Assembly (NCBI GenBank): GCA_016208745.1
Contig: JACQXN010000001.1
Span: forward strand, 1 to 54,007
Direction: 5' to 3'
Source: Candidatus Portnoybacteria bacterium
GTDB lineage: Bacteria; Patescibacteriota; Minisyncoccia; Portnoybacterales; GWB1-42-6
Length of the DNA stretch: 54,007 nt
Both the position numbers and the translations under genes were made by a program. This document shows, piece after piece, positions 26,739-37,214 of the stretch. How positions within the stretch are numbered: the stretch's first letter is position 1; each line of letters begins with the position of its first letter. The notes under the pieces were generated by a model, which saw only the letters and a program-made list of their open reading frames with translations, did not search any database and was not told where the DNA came from.

Positions 26739-26780
26739 ATCCCTCCTAGCCTCCCTTTAAAAAGGGAGGGAAAAAATTTA
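26739..26780. repeat. Family A half-element (hairpin-1 half) flanking the DUF559 gene
   Basis: 'aatccctcctagcctccctttaaaaagggaggga' matches the first half of A1. Confidence 0.7.
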
Positions 26781-26892
26781 AGTGGTCATTCCACGTAGAA
26801 TACGTACCCGCTCCTCTATTGGCGGGTGGGTCACCCCGCACCAGAGTTTGCTTCGCACACACGGTACGGGGCAAGACTCATTGCAATCTAAA

Positions 26893-27789
26893 CTAAATGG
26901 ACATTTCTCGTAATATACGCACTCGTTCGTCTGTCGGTGGATGAGTCATAAATAGCGAGGAAATTTTTTTACCTTTGAAAGGATTAGTAATATATAAATG
27001 CGCAGTGGCTTTATTGGCAACTCTTAATGGTGTTTGGTCGCCTGCGATTTTTTCAAGAGCCGAGGCAAGGCCTTCGGGGTATCTGGTTAAAAGCGCGCCG
27101 TCAGCGTCAGCCAAAAACTCTCTTTTGCGGGAGATTGCCAGTTGAATTAAAGTCGTGATAAGCGGCGAAAGAATAGCTAAAATTACGCCAACCAGCGCTA
27201 AAATCGCGCCAAGTTGTCCGCCCTGCCTATCGTTATCTCTATTCCGGCCGCCAAAAAAAGAAAATCTTAAAAACCAGTCAGAGAGCAAGGCGACAAGGCC
27301 GACCAAAACAACGATGACGGTTGATAATAAAATGTCGCGATTGCCAATATGTGAAAGTTCGTGGGCGATCACTCCCTCAAGCTCGCTTCTGTTTAATTTT
27401 TCAAGCAAGCCTCGCGTGACAGCAATAACCGCGTGTTCTTTGTTGCGACCGGTGGCAAAAGCATTTGGCGCCATATCGTCAATAATATAAATTTTTGGCA
27501 GAGGCAAACCGGCGGTAATGCAAAGATTTTCAACAATATGATAAAGCTCGGGATTTTTTTCGTGCTTAACTTCATGCGCCCGATTAACTGCCAAAGCGAT
27601 TTTATCGGAATACCAATAAGAGATAAAACTCATCAGCGAGCTAAAAATCACCGCAAAAACTAAAATCGCGGGGCTGTTAAAATTATAACTAAAAACATAG
27701 CCGAGCCCGATTATAAAAACTAAAAATACGCTGATTAGAATCCAAGTTTTTAAAACATTTTTTGAAGCATGGGTATAAAGTGTTGCCAT
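26893..27789 (-). CDS. htpX: Zinc metalloprotease HtpX (peptidase M48)
   Basis: TM helices, 'HELSHIGNRD' (HExxH) and a downstream Glu. Typical HtpX length. Confidence 0.9.
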   Translation of the reverse strand: MATLYTHASKNVLKTWILISVFLVFIIGLGYVFSYNFNSPAILVFAVIFSSLMSFISYWYSDKIALAVNRAHEVKHEKNPELYHIVENLCITAGLPLPKIYIIDDMAPNAFATGRNKEHAVIAVTRGLLEKLNRSELEGVIAHELSHIGNRDILLSTVIVVLVGLVALLSDWFLRFSFFGGRNRDNDRQGGQLGAILALVGVILAILSPLITTLIQLAISRKREFLADADGALLTRYPEGLASALEKIAGDQTPLRVANKATAHLYITNPFKGKKISSLFMTHPPTDERVRILREMSI

Positions 27790-27913
27790 ATTGATAAATT
27801 AGCATAACCGAGCTTTATTTTCAATATAATTACGCCTCGCTAGTTCTATTAAAATAAAATGTGTACAATGTTTACGCGATAGCGTATTTATTATACACAT
27901 CTAGAAAATTAAA

Positions 27914-27945
27914 AAGCCAAGGCGATAAAGTTGCCTTGGCTTTTG
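27914..27945. terminator. Rho-independent terminator hairpin
   Basis: 'aagccaaggc gataaagtt gccttggctt' with a T-run on the minus strand, 3' of gene 27963..28277. Confidence 0.7.
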
Positions 27946-27962
27946 GTGTAGTTGGCTATCTC

Positions 27963-28277
27963 TTAACTGACGGCGCGGAGCGGTGGTCGACCCTTTTCAG
28001 CTTTTTCATATCCTCGAAAAGGCTGGCCGTGCGCCTCAACGATGCTTTTGAAGGTTTGAAATTTGCCATTGCGGGAAGCGGCGGTTTCGGCTGATTTACG
28101 AATGTCGTAAAACTTTACAAACCGATTTTGTCGTTTTGCGACATCAATGATGCCAGTGTGGCAATCATCGCAGACCGGCTGTGTAATCCACTTTTCTCCC
28201 TCCTTTTTCAAGGGAAGGGAATAATGGATTTCTCTTACCTCTCCACAAGTTACGCATTTCTCAGTACTCATTCCCAT
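27963..28277 (-). CDS. Small zinc-ribbon protein (CxxC..CxxC)
   Basis: 'CVTCGE..CDDCHTG'; 104 aa. Confidence 0.6.
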   Translation of the reverse strand: MGMSTEKCVTCGEVREIHYSLPLKKEGEKWITQPVCDDCHTGIIDVAKRQNRFVKFYDIRKSAETAASRNGKFQTFKSIVEAHGQPFRGYEKAEKGRPPLRAVS

Positions 28278-28459
28278 GACCTTAACCCTCCTTATGTGGT
28301 ATTTTTATTTAAATAACTAACTCTCTCCGATTCCCCATTCAATCATATCTAGTTAACTTTGTCAAGCCCAAACGATTATACAGCACTACTTTGTCCAAAA
28401 AACTCAAAAAACCGAAAAAACAGGCCGCTAGACCTGTTTTTAGTGAATTTTATCTTAAG

Positions 28460-30292
28460 TTATAATTTCGCCGATAAGGGCAGAGAGATTACAAACGTTG
28501 TTCCTTTATTTTCAACACTTGATACCTCTATGGTTCCTCCATGGCGCTCAATAATATTTTTGGCTATATAAAGGCCGAGGCCAGAGCCTGAAGTCTGAAA
28601 CAGCAAGGCATTCTCGCCGCGGAAAAATTTAGTAAACAATCTTTCAATTTGTTTTTTTGGTATGCCGATGCCTGAATCTTTTACGGTTAGCTTGACCAAA
28701 TCCGTCTTTTTCTCCAGCTTGATGGAGATCTTTCCTCCGGGCGAAGTATATTTTATGGCGTTATCAATCAGATTATCCATAGCCAGAGCAAACTTTTCTT
28801 TATCTATATTAAGCTCGGGGATATTTTCTTTCCCTAGCTCTAATGAAAATTGTATTCCCTTTTCTTTGGCTGGCCCTTGATATCTTTTAAAAACTTCTTC
28901 AATAACGGAAAGGAGGCCAACGGGCTTAAAAATAAATCCGAATTTACCTTCTTCTACATGCGCGACATTAAGAAGATCATTGATTAATATTATGGTATGA
29001 TTGACAGCGCTGACGCCGCCTTCTATAACTCTTTGCTGTTCCTGATTTAACGCCCCAGTCTCTTTCTCAAGAAGCGCCAAAAACGACCATTTAATGCCCG
29101 TTAACGGGGTTCGCAGTTGATGAGCGGCGATAGAAACAAATTGGGATTTCATAGCATCTATCTCTTTTTCTCTTGTTGTGTCAATCATAACAATCAGGAA
29201 TCCGATTAAGTCTTCATGGTGCATAACCGGCGCCACCTTTAAATTAAATACTCTTTTAATCGGTTCGTTAATTGAAAATTCACGCACTTCATTGTCTATT
29301 TTTATATCTCCGCCAAAAGTTTTTAATAAAGATGCTAATCTGGTGGAGGTTGTTTCTCCGATATATTTATTAATAATCTGCTTTTCTGAAATTTCAAGAA
29401 TTTTTTGGGCTTCAGGATTAATAAACCGGATTTTTTTGTTCTCATCCAATAAAATAAGGCCGTCTGGAAAATTTGTCAGGGCGGCAACGGTTTTATTTCT
29501 TTCGGTCTCCGCTTCATCTCTTGCCCCTTCAAGCGCCTTTTGCGAGCTTTTAAGATCGTTAACCATTTTATTAAAAGTAGTAGCCAGCTGCCCAATTTCA
29601 TCTTTGGAATCGATTTTGACTTCAATAAATTGACCGCGGCCAATTTTTTCGGCCGCTGTTTGCAGTTTTTTTATCGGCTTAACAATATTTTTGCTTAACA
29701 GAACGGCAATAAAGGCAACTAAAGCGATAATCCCAAAGAAAAATGCAAAATTAGAAAGCATCATATCTCTTTGCGCCTTAACAACGGATTTTTCTGAAAT
29801 TCCTAAATAAAAAATCCACGGCTTTTCGTAAACCGGAGATTTTATCAAATGGGTTATTAGTTTTATTTTCTCGCCGGTTTTATAAAAAAAACTATCCTTA
29901 ATTTCAGTATCTTGATCGCCTGATGGGAAATCATTAATGATTTTGCCAAAGTCATCAGTATTGTTTGCCAGATAAATTTCCCCGTTTGGTTTAACGACCC
30001 ACCAAAATACTATATCTTCGCTTTCCCCCACTTTTTTTAATGCTTCCAGTGGCCAGACGTTTGTATATTGAGCATGAACAATAATATTTGAAACCACCTC
30101 TGCGAGCTTAACATTTTTTTCTACCAAGTTCTCTTTAATCATTTTCGTCTCAGACCAGATAGAAACAGCAAGAATAACAGAAGCTGATATCAGCGACGCC
30201 AGCAAGGTCACTAGTAAAATTTTATTCAGAATTGACTTGAATTTCGGCATGATTTGATACGAAAACACCATAACTCTACCGATGTCAGGCAT
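28460..30292 (-). CDS. Membrane sensor histidine kinase (HAMP/PAS + HisKA + HATPase)
   Basis: 'FVSIAAHQLRTPLTGI' H-box. 'DSGIGIPKKQIERLF..GSGLGLYIAKNIIERHGG' G-boxes. Confidence 0.9.
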   Translation of the reverse strand: MPDIGRVMVFSYQIMPKFKSILNKILLVTLLASLISASVILAVSIWSETKMIKENLVEKNVKLAEVVSNIIVHAQYTNVWPLEALKKVGESEDIVFWWVVKPNGEIYLANNTDDFGKIINDFPSGDQDTEIKDSFFYKTGEKIKLITHLIKSPVYEKPWIFYLGISEKSVVKAQRDMMLSNFAFFFGIIALVAFIAVLLSKNIVKPIKKLQTAAEKIGRGQFIEVKIDSKDEIGQLATTFNKMVNDLKSSQKALEGARDEAETERNKTVAALTNFPDGLILLDENKKIRFINPEAQKILEISEKQIINKYIGETTSTRLASLLKTFGGDIKIDNEVREFSINEPIKRVFNLKVAPVMHHEDLIGFLIVMIDTTREKEIDAMKSQFVSIAAHQLRTPLTGIKWSFLALLEKETGALNQEQQRVIEGGVSAVNHTIILINDLLNVAHVEEGKFGFIFKPVGLLSVIEEVFKRYQGPAKEKGIQFSLELGKENIPELNIDKEKFALAMDNLIDNAIKYTSPGGKISIKLEKKTDLVKLTVKDSGIGIPKKQIERLFTKFFRGENALLFQTSGSGLGLYIAKNIIERHGGTIEVSSVENKGTTFVISLPLSAKL

Positions 30293-30310
30293 CGGTAGAG
30301 TCTTTTAATT

Positions 30311-30356
30311 AATTCGGATGTGCGAAATTCGGATGGATTTTCGCTATTCGGGTACC
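30311..30356. repeat. Family D ~46-bp repeat (copy D2)
   Basis: 'aattcggatgtgcgaaattcggatggattttcgctattcgggtacc'. Other copies at 16678-16726, 48962-49004 and 49239-49284. Confidence 0.8.
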
Positions 30357-30357
30357 T

Positions 30358-31764
30358 TTATTGAGAGAATATAATCATTGAACCAATCAGGTTGCCATGT
30401 TCATTTCCCCAGCCCTTTAACAAGCCCTGCTCTCCGAAAGTAAAGTTGCCTATATAAGGCAGGTTTCCAGTCACGCTGTTTATTATAAGAGGCATTTTCT
30501 TTAATTCGTCTTCCGGAACGCCTAACATCGTGCAGGCGCAGTAGGTATAGATCCCAAATAAGCCGTCACCTTCCTTTATGCCTTCCGAGTTCATTGCTTT
30601 CAAAGCAGTCGTTTGGCCACGATTTAAAAGCAATTCCCAGTTTCCATGCATCATGGTGATCTTATCTCCTTCGTAAACATTAGCAAAAGTGCTTAAGGCC
30701 TTCTCTGGCAAAATAACATCTTTAACTGAAATTGCCAGATCATGCATTTCTTTATTGGCGCCCGGAATGACTCTCGCTAAAGGATTATAAGTGGTTGTTT
30801 TTACAACATTACAGGCTAAGCTTCCTTCTCCGGCAAGCTCATTTTTAATCAACCCGCCTGTCCATTCATTATAGACTTCTGCGGCCGGCTTATTATCAAT
30901 TTCATAGATAATTCTGCCTTTGGATTTAGTCACTGTTCCTTCGTGCTCCGTGACAAAGTAGCCCGCGTCATAATTCCAGCCGACTTTCAAATCTGTAAAG
31001 AACACTGTTACAACCAAGCCATTGCCATAAACCTCGCTGTTGTTAATTTCTTTCCACTTGCCGCTAAAATCATTATCAGCTGCCGAGCCTCCCAAAATCG
31101 GAGTATTATTTCCGACTACCTCTTCCATTCCCTTCAAAATATCTTCTTCATTGCCATAGCTAGCTGTTATATAAACGATTGGAGGTATTTGTCCTTCTTT
31201 GCCTGCATTGGCAATCGCTTCCAGAATCGCTTTTTTACCCGCTTCCTTGGCTGTTAAACTTTCGCTTACTTCCGCGCCGGCAACTCCAAAATCAATTCTG
31301 GGAGAATTTACCGCCATCAAAGCAAGTGAATTCATATTTTCTCCCTTAAGCATACTATCTTTAGTAATAACATGTACCGAAGACGTCCCGCCGTGTAATT
31401 TTGCCTGAGGGAAAGTGTTCCTTACTTCTTTTACAACCTCCTCAACATCGTAGCCTGCCGTCACAAAAAGAAGAATCCACTCAGGGGACTGGCCTTTTAA
31501 TCCGGTTATTACAGAAGCTGATGCTTCAGCAACCGCCTCTTTAATATTAGTCTTCTCGCTTGAACCGTATCCAGCTTGTCCAGCAGCTTGTCCGCTTTGC
31601 TCAAAAGGCTTTTGGCCCGGGGTTATAGTTGAGGTTTTGTTTCTTTGACCGGTTACAAAATACATAATCCCAACGGCGATGATTAATAAAACGACTATCA
31701 AACCGACAATTTTTATGCGGTTTGAAATGTCGGGCAGATTTTGCCCTTTTGGCTGTGTATCCAT
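30358..31764 (-). CDS. Membrane-anchored FIST-domain sensor protein
   Basis: N-terminal TM helix, then a FIST N/C-like extracytoplasmic region. Sits between the response-regulator and HK genes. Confidence 0.65.
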   Translation of the reverse strand: MDTQPKGQNLPDISNRIKIVGLIVVLLIIAVGIMYFVTGQRNKTSTITPGQKPFEQSGQAAGQAGYGSSEKTNIKEAVAEASASVITGLKGQSPEWILLFVTAGYDVEEVVKEVRNTFPQAKLHGGTSSVHVITKDSMLKGENMNSLALMAVNSPRIDFGVAGAEVSESLTAKEAGKKAILEAIANAGKEGQIPPIVYITASYGNEEDILKGMEEVVGNNTPILGGSAADNDFSGKWKEINNSEVYGNGLVVTVFFTDLKVGWNYDAGYFVTEHEGTVTKSKGRIIYEIDNKPAAEVYNEWTGGLIKNELAGEGSLACNVVKTTTYNPLARVIPGANKEMHDLAISVKDVILPEKALSTFANVYEGDKITMMHGNWELLLNRGQTTALKAMNSEGIKEGDGLFGIYTYCACTMLGVPEDELKKMPLIINSVTGNLPYIGNFTFGEQGLLKGWGNEHGNLIGSMIIFSQ

Positions 31765-31925
31765 TTTTTTATCCTAGATAACAAAATGTAGAATTTGAGG
31801 GGGATGCTACATTTTGCGATTTAGAGATTTGTATTAAAAATTTGACGGATAGCTTTATTATTCGCCAAATTTATTTAAAAGTTATTTAAATGATAACACT
31901 TTTTTAATAACTAGAAATCCACAAT

Positions 31926-32735
31926 TTATTTCTGGGCAAGAATTTTTCTTACTTTTTCCACTATCTCTGCTGGCGAAGCATTTGCTTTTACAACATAGTC
32001 TGTTGCTCCTTCGGACATTCCTTTTTCTATTTCATTGTCCTGCCCGAGATTTGAAGCAACAATAACAGGAATATTTTTAAATTTATCTTCCCCCTTTAAT
32101 TCTTTTAAGAAAGTAAAACCATCCATTCCCGGCAACACAATATCCAGCAAAATTAAATCAACGATATTTGCAGAAAGCACTTCCCGGGCTTGTCCGGCAT
32201 TTGAGGCTCTAAGAATCAAATAGCCATCTTGGCTAAATTTTCGCTCAAGAAGATTTGCCATAAACATATCGTCTTCCACAATTAAGATGTTGTGGCCTGG
32301 TTTCTGGTCTTTAGCCGGAGAAGGCTTTTTTTCTTTGTTGGCTGGCTTTTCTTCTTCTGCCTTAATAACCTCGCTGACTTTTGCCAGCACCTCGTCGGGA
32401 TTAAAATTAAGCTTTATTAAATAATCTCTAACCCCCGCTTTTAAAGCCTGGTCGATTTCAACTGGCTGACCGGAATTTGAAATTACAATGATAGGAAGAT
32501 CAGGCAGAACTTTTTTTTCAACAAGCTCTTCAATAAGCTGTGTCCCATTAAGCTTTGGAAGCAACATGTCAAGAAGAACTAAATCGGGCTTTTTCTCATT
32601 AATCAGCCTCAACCCGGTTTCACCATCCAAGGCGGACTCAACATTATAGCCGGCCTTTTTTAATTTTTGGATTAAAAGATTTGACATTACTTCTTCGTCT
32701 TCAATAAGGACAATTGTTTTTTGTTGATTAGACAT
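31926..32735 (-). CDS. Response regulator with two CheY-like receiver domains, no output domain
   Basis: Two 'D..LLD..LP..G' receiver modules (Asp at 'LVLLDMLLP' and 'LILLDIVLP'). Confidence 0.85.
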   Translation of the reverse strand: MSNQQKTIVLIEDEEVMSNLLIQKLKKAGYNVESALDGETGLRLINEKKPDLVLLDMLLPKLNGTQLIEELVEKKVLPDLPIIVISNSGQPVEIDQALKAGVRDYLIKLNFNPDEVLAKVSEVIKAEEEKPANKEKKPSPAKDQKPGHNILIVEDDMFMANLLERKFSQDGYLILRASNAGQAREVLSANIVDLILLDIVLPGMDGFTFLKELKGEDKFKNIPVIVASNLGQDNEIEKGMSEGATDYVVKANASPAEIVEKVRKILAQK

Positions 32736-33399
32736 TGTTTAAAAAATTATGCGCCGCTAAATCACAAAGCAAAGCATGTAATTTTTTAGCGCAAAAATTA
32801 AGAATGATTAGTATTTATATTATACTATTAATGGAAAATTTAATAAAAGATACTTATCCCCACATCTTAACAAGGCGGGGGGATTTATCAGTAAGGGCTG
32901 GGTTGATTTTATTCTTGCGGGCTTTTTGGATGTAAAAAAGCCGGACTTTGTGTCTGGCTTTGAAATGAGAAGCTTTATTCTTTTTCTCCATCATGCTCTC
33001 TTAAAAATTCGGTTTGCTCTTTTATTCTCTGGCATTTTGCCTTAAGTTGTTCATCTGTGAGCTGCCCGACTGGAATTCCCAGTTCATGCGCCGCCGCAAC
33101 CTTTATAGCTCCCGATTGCTCAAATGAATCCAATTTTATACCTCCTTTTAATTTAGGTGTAGTGTACTAACATCATTATATCGCAAAATAAAAGGCCCGC
33201 CAAGGCCTTGAAAAATATACCTTGGCGGGCAAAGTCAGCTACCTTCGCAGCAATGAGCCGCGCGAGGCACAAAGAACCGTTTCTTTGTCATTATAGTACT
33301 CACCTCCTTCGCGCTGGATTTTGGGAATCTATCCCTATCTTTATTATACCAAACTTGTCAAGGGATTTACTTAAAACTCGGTAAACAATAGTGCATTTT

Positions 33400-33512
33400 T
33401 GTCATTCCCGCCCGCTTCGCCGTAGCTTCAGCGAGGCGAGCGAAAGCGGGAATCCAGGTTTTCCGTTTTTTTCTTCATCAAATCTGGATTCCAGGTCAAG
33501 CCTGGAATGACA
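33400..33512. repeat. Family C MITE-like element (copy C1, intergenic) with 9-bp TIRs tgtcattcc/ggaatgaca
   Basis: 'tgtcattcccgc..gcgggaatcc' hairpin plus 'attccaggtcaagcctggaat' hairpin. Shorter copy in uvrC at 46421-46488; partial copy at 16489-16533. Confidence 0.8.
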
Positions 33513-33543
33513 TAAAAATAATGCTCTTCACCGAAATCTTTTC

Positions 33544-33723
33544 TTAACGGCTGCTTCGTCTTATTAGCGCCCGGGAGCCGTAAATGAATAATAGGATTAT
33601 CGTGGTGAAAGTGTTAATTTTAAAATAATTTCCACCAGAGAGATAGCAGATAGAATTTACTATAATAAAAGTCGCCACCACGCAAACAATATATTCTTTG
33701 AAGAAACCCTTAAAGAAGCCCAT
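33544..33723 (-). CDS. Small membrane protein (59 aa)
   Basis: Start moved to the second Met, which has a GGGAGGGG RBS 5 nt upstream. One TM helix. Confidence 0.45.
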   Translation of the reverse strand: MGFFKGFFKEYIVCVVATFIIVNSICYLSGGNYFKINTFTTIILLFIYGSRALIRRSSR

Positions 33724-33856
33724 AAATTCCCCTCCCATTTTTGGTGTTTTTAAAAAACTAACTAGATAAGAAATTGTAGCAGATTTTAAGAAAAAATTAA
33801 AGGGCCCGGGATAGATGGGCCTCTTTTTAAATCCGTCAAAATGGTTATGATAGCAA

Positions 33857-33924
33857 AATCCCTCCCAGCCTCCCCTAAAGGGGAGGGGCCGTTTCCCTCC
33901 TTTAGGAGGGATTAAGGGAGATTT
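33857..33924. repeat. Family A double-hairpin repeat (copy A2), just 3' of groEL
   Basis: 'aaatccctcccagcctcccctaaaggggaggggccgtttccctcctttaggagggattaagggagattt'. Confidence 0.85.
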
Positions 33925-33937
33925 ACATTCATTAATT

Positions 33938-35569
<1,632 letters not shown>

Positions 35570-35682
35570 TCAATTGAAATTTATAGAAATATGCGGCCTC
35601 GTGGCCGCGAAATATATAGAAATTCATTGCTATTAATTTCGCGAGCGGAGCGAGCAAATTTCAACTAATTTCTGTTAATTTT

Positions 35683-35976
35683 TTACTCAATAATTGCTAA
35701 AATGTCCTCCTCGCGTGCAATAAGATACTCTTTTCCATCAACCTTTATTTCGCTCGGTCCGTATTTTGTAAATATCACGACATCGCCTTTTTTGACGCCC
35801 AGAGGAATTCTTTTTTCGCCGTCTTCGTCAAATTTTCCCGGGCCAACAGCGATAACCTTGCCTTTTTCCGGCCGCTCTTTGGAGGCGGTTTCTGGCAAGA
35901 TAATGCCGCCTTTGGATTTTTGTTCATTTGAAAGCGGCTCTATAATAACTCGGTCTGAAAGAGGTTTAAGCATCAT
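35683..35976 (-). CDS. groES: Co-chaperonin GroES (Hsp10)
   Basis: 'LKPLSDRVIIEP..EKGKVIAVGPG..GDVVIFTKYGPSEIKVDGKEYLIARE'. Confidence 0.95.
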   Translation of the reverse strand: MMLKPLSDRVIIEPLSNEQKSKGGIILPETASKERPEKGKVIAVGPGKFDEDGEKRIPLGVKKGDVVIFTKYGPSEIKVDGKEYLIAREEDILAIIE

Positions 35977-36083
35977 GAATTGTAGAAGCCAAATTACGCA
36001 AATTAAATCTACGCAAATTTACGCCAAAATTTTTGCGTTTTTTTTGGCGTGGATTTTATTGGCGTTTTTTTCGCTTCTATAGG

Positions 36084-36110
36084 TTAGCACTCTATTAATC
36101 TGACTGCTAA
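36084..36110. promoter_or_regulatory. CIRCE inverted repeat (HrcA operator) upstream of groES
   Basis: 'TTAGCACTC-tattaatct-GACTGCTAA' versus consensus TTAGCACTC-N9-GAGTGCTAA. Lies 108 bp upstream of the groES start. Confidence 0.8.
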
Positions 36111-36218
36111 TAAGGTATTTTATGCAAAGGCTGAAAACTTGTCAAGCTTGACAGAATGAGTTAAAATATGGAAAAAGCTCTTAAACAACTAAAAATATAG
36201 CTAAAAAGGGGGTAAAAA

Positions 36219-36386
36219 ATGAAAAACTTCTTTGAGGTGGTTGATAGCGGAGATTGGGGCATGGCGATATGTTATACAGTCGCCACCTTGCTTATCCTTG
36301 ATTTCCTATATAACTGGTCTGGGCCGATAGAAGATTGGTTCCATTATTTATTTCATAAAGGAGGCAAGCGTTGTGATAATAAATAA
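36219..36386 (+). CDS. Small hypothetical protein (55 aa), not in ORF track
   Basis: GGGGG RBS 7 nt upstream. 'MKNFFEVVDSGDWGMAICYTVATLLILDFLYNWSGPIEDWFHYLFHKGGKRCDNK'. Confidence 0.4.
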   Translation: MKNFFEVVDSGDWGMAICYTVATLLILDFLYNWSGPIEDWFHYLFHKGGKRCDNK

Positions 36387-36533
36387 TGCCACGCCAACTG
36401 ATCTGATTTTTGACTTCTCATTCATATTCGCTATCCTTTTTGTTATCGCTATTTTTATAATGATAGTGAGAGCTCAACAAAAACCAAGAAAACTAAGAAA
36501 GAAAAAACGACAGAAAGAAAAGGAGGTATTGGT

Positions 36534-37148
36534 ATGAAAAAGATTACAGATCGCGCAAGAGAAAAAATGCTTTTGTTTTTTTCTATCGCCTTGGCCATTC
36601 TTATAGCGTTATTCATATTTGATATGGCAACTTCAGCCGCCTTGGCCGGAGACAGGCATCATGGCGGTTATCACAGCAGAAGTGGTCAGCGAAGTTATAG
36701 CGGCGGGTACCATAGTGGGTTCAGCAACAGAAACCGCAGCGGGTATCATAACCTTAGCAACAGATACCACAGCAGTTACCGCAACTATAGCGGCAGCAGG
36801 TACTATAGCGGCCATAGCAACAGATATTATGGCGGGTACAACAACCGATACCATGGTGGTTACCATAGATACGGCGGTTACGGCTATTATTCACATCGTC
36901 ACATCAATGGCGATTTCTGGTGGGGCCTAGGCGCTGGATTGCTGGCTGGACCTTTGCTTGGCGGATGGACAAGCCCGGGTTACGGCTATTACGGCGGCGG
37001 ATATAATTATTACCCCCAACGACATTACGGCTATTCGCCGTACCGTTCCGGCGGCTACGATGGGTACAGCAGAAGCTACAACCGCATCTGGGTCGCTCCT
37101 TTCTGGAACGGCTGGGAATGGGTTCCCGGCCACTGGGAATACTATTGA
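36534..37148 (+). CDS. Exported low-complexity Gly/Tyr/Ser/Arg/His-rich protein
   Basis: AAGGAGG RBS and N-terminal TM/signal. Repeats such as 'GGYHS', 'NRYHGGYHRYGGYGYY', 'SPGYGYYGGGYNYY'. Trp-rich C-terminus 'WVAPFWNGWEWVPGHWEYY'. Confidence 0.7.
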   Translation: MKKITDRAREKMLLFFSIALAILIALFIFDMATSAALAGDRHHGGYHSRSGQRSYSGGYHSGFSNRNRSGYHNLSNRYHSSYRNYSGSRYYSGHSNRYYGGYNNRYHGGYHRYGGYGYYSHRHINGDFWWGLGAGLLAGPLLGGWTSPGYGYYGGGYNYYPQRHYGYSPYRSGGYDGYSRSYNRIWVAPFWNGWEWVPGHWEYY

Positions 37149-37185
37149 ATTTAATTCCCGCTCAAGTAATTGGGCGGGATTTTAA

Positions 37186-37208
37186 TTTGTCGCTGTCCGA
37201 CAGCGACA
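37186..37208. terminator. Second copy of the conserved hairpin 'ttgtcgctgNccgacagcgacag' between convergent genes
   Basis: Near-identical to 24803-24826. Confidence 0.65.
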
Positions 37209-37214
37209 GGATAT

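Noticed and set aside
32975-33133. Possible 52-aa ORF with TTG start and GGAGG RBS upstream of the response regulator gene
   Set aside because: Requires a TTG start and has no recognisable motif. Could equally be a 5' leader, so not called.
33140-33400. Looked for SRP RNA, RNase P RNA, tmRNA or 6S RNA in the long intergenic regions (33140-33400, 600-1248, 47080-47260)
   Set aside because: Could not find the diagnostic conserved motifs by eye. Only generic hairpins were seen, so no claim is made.
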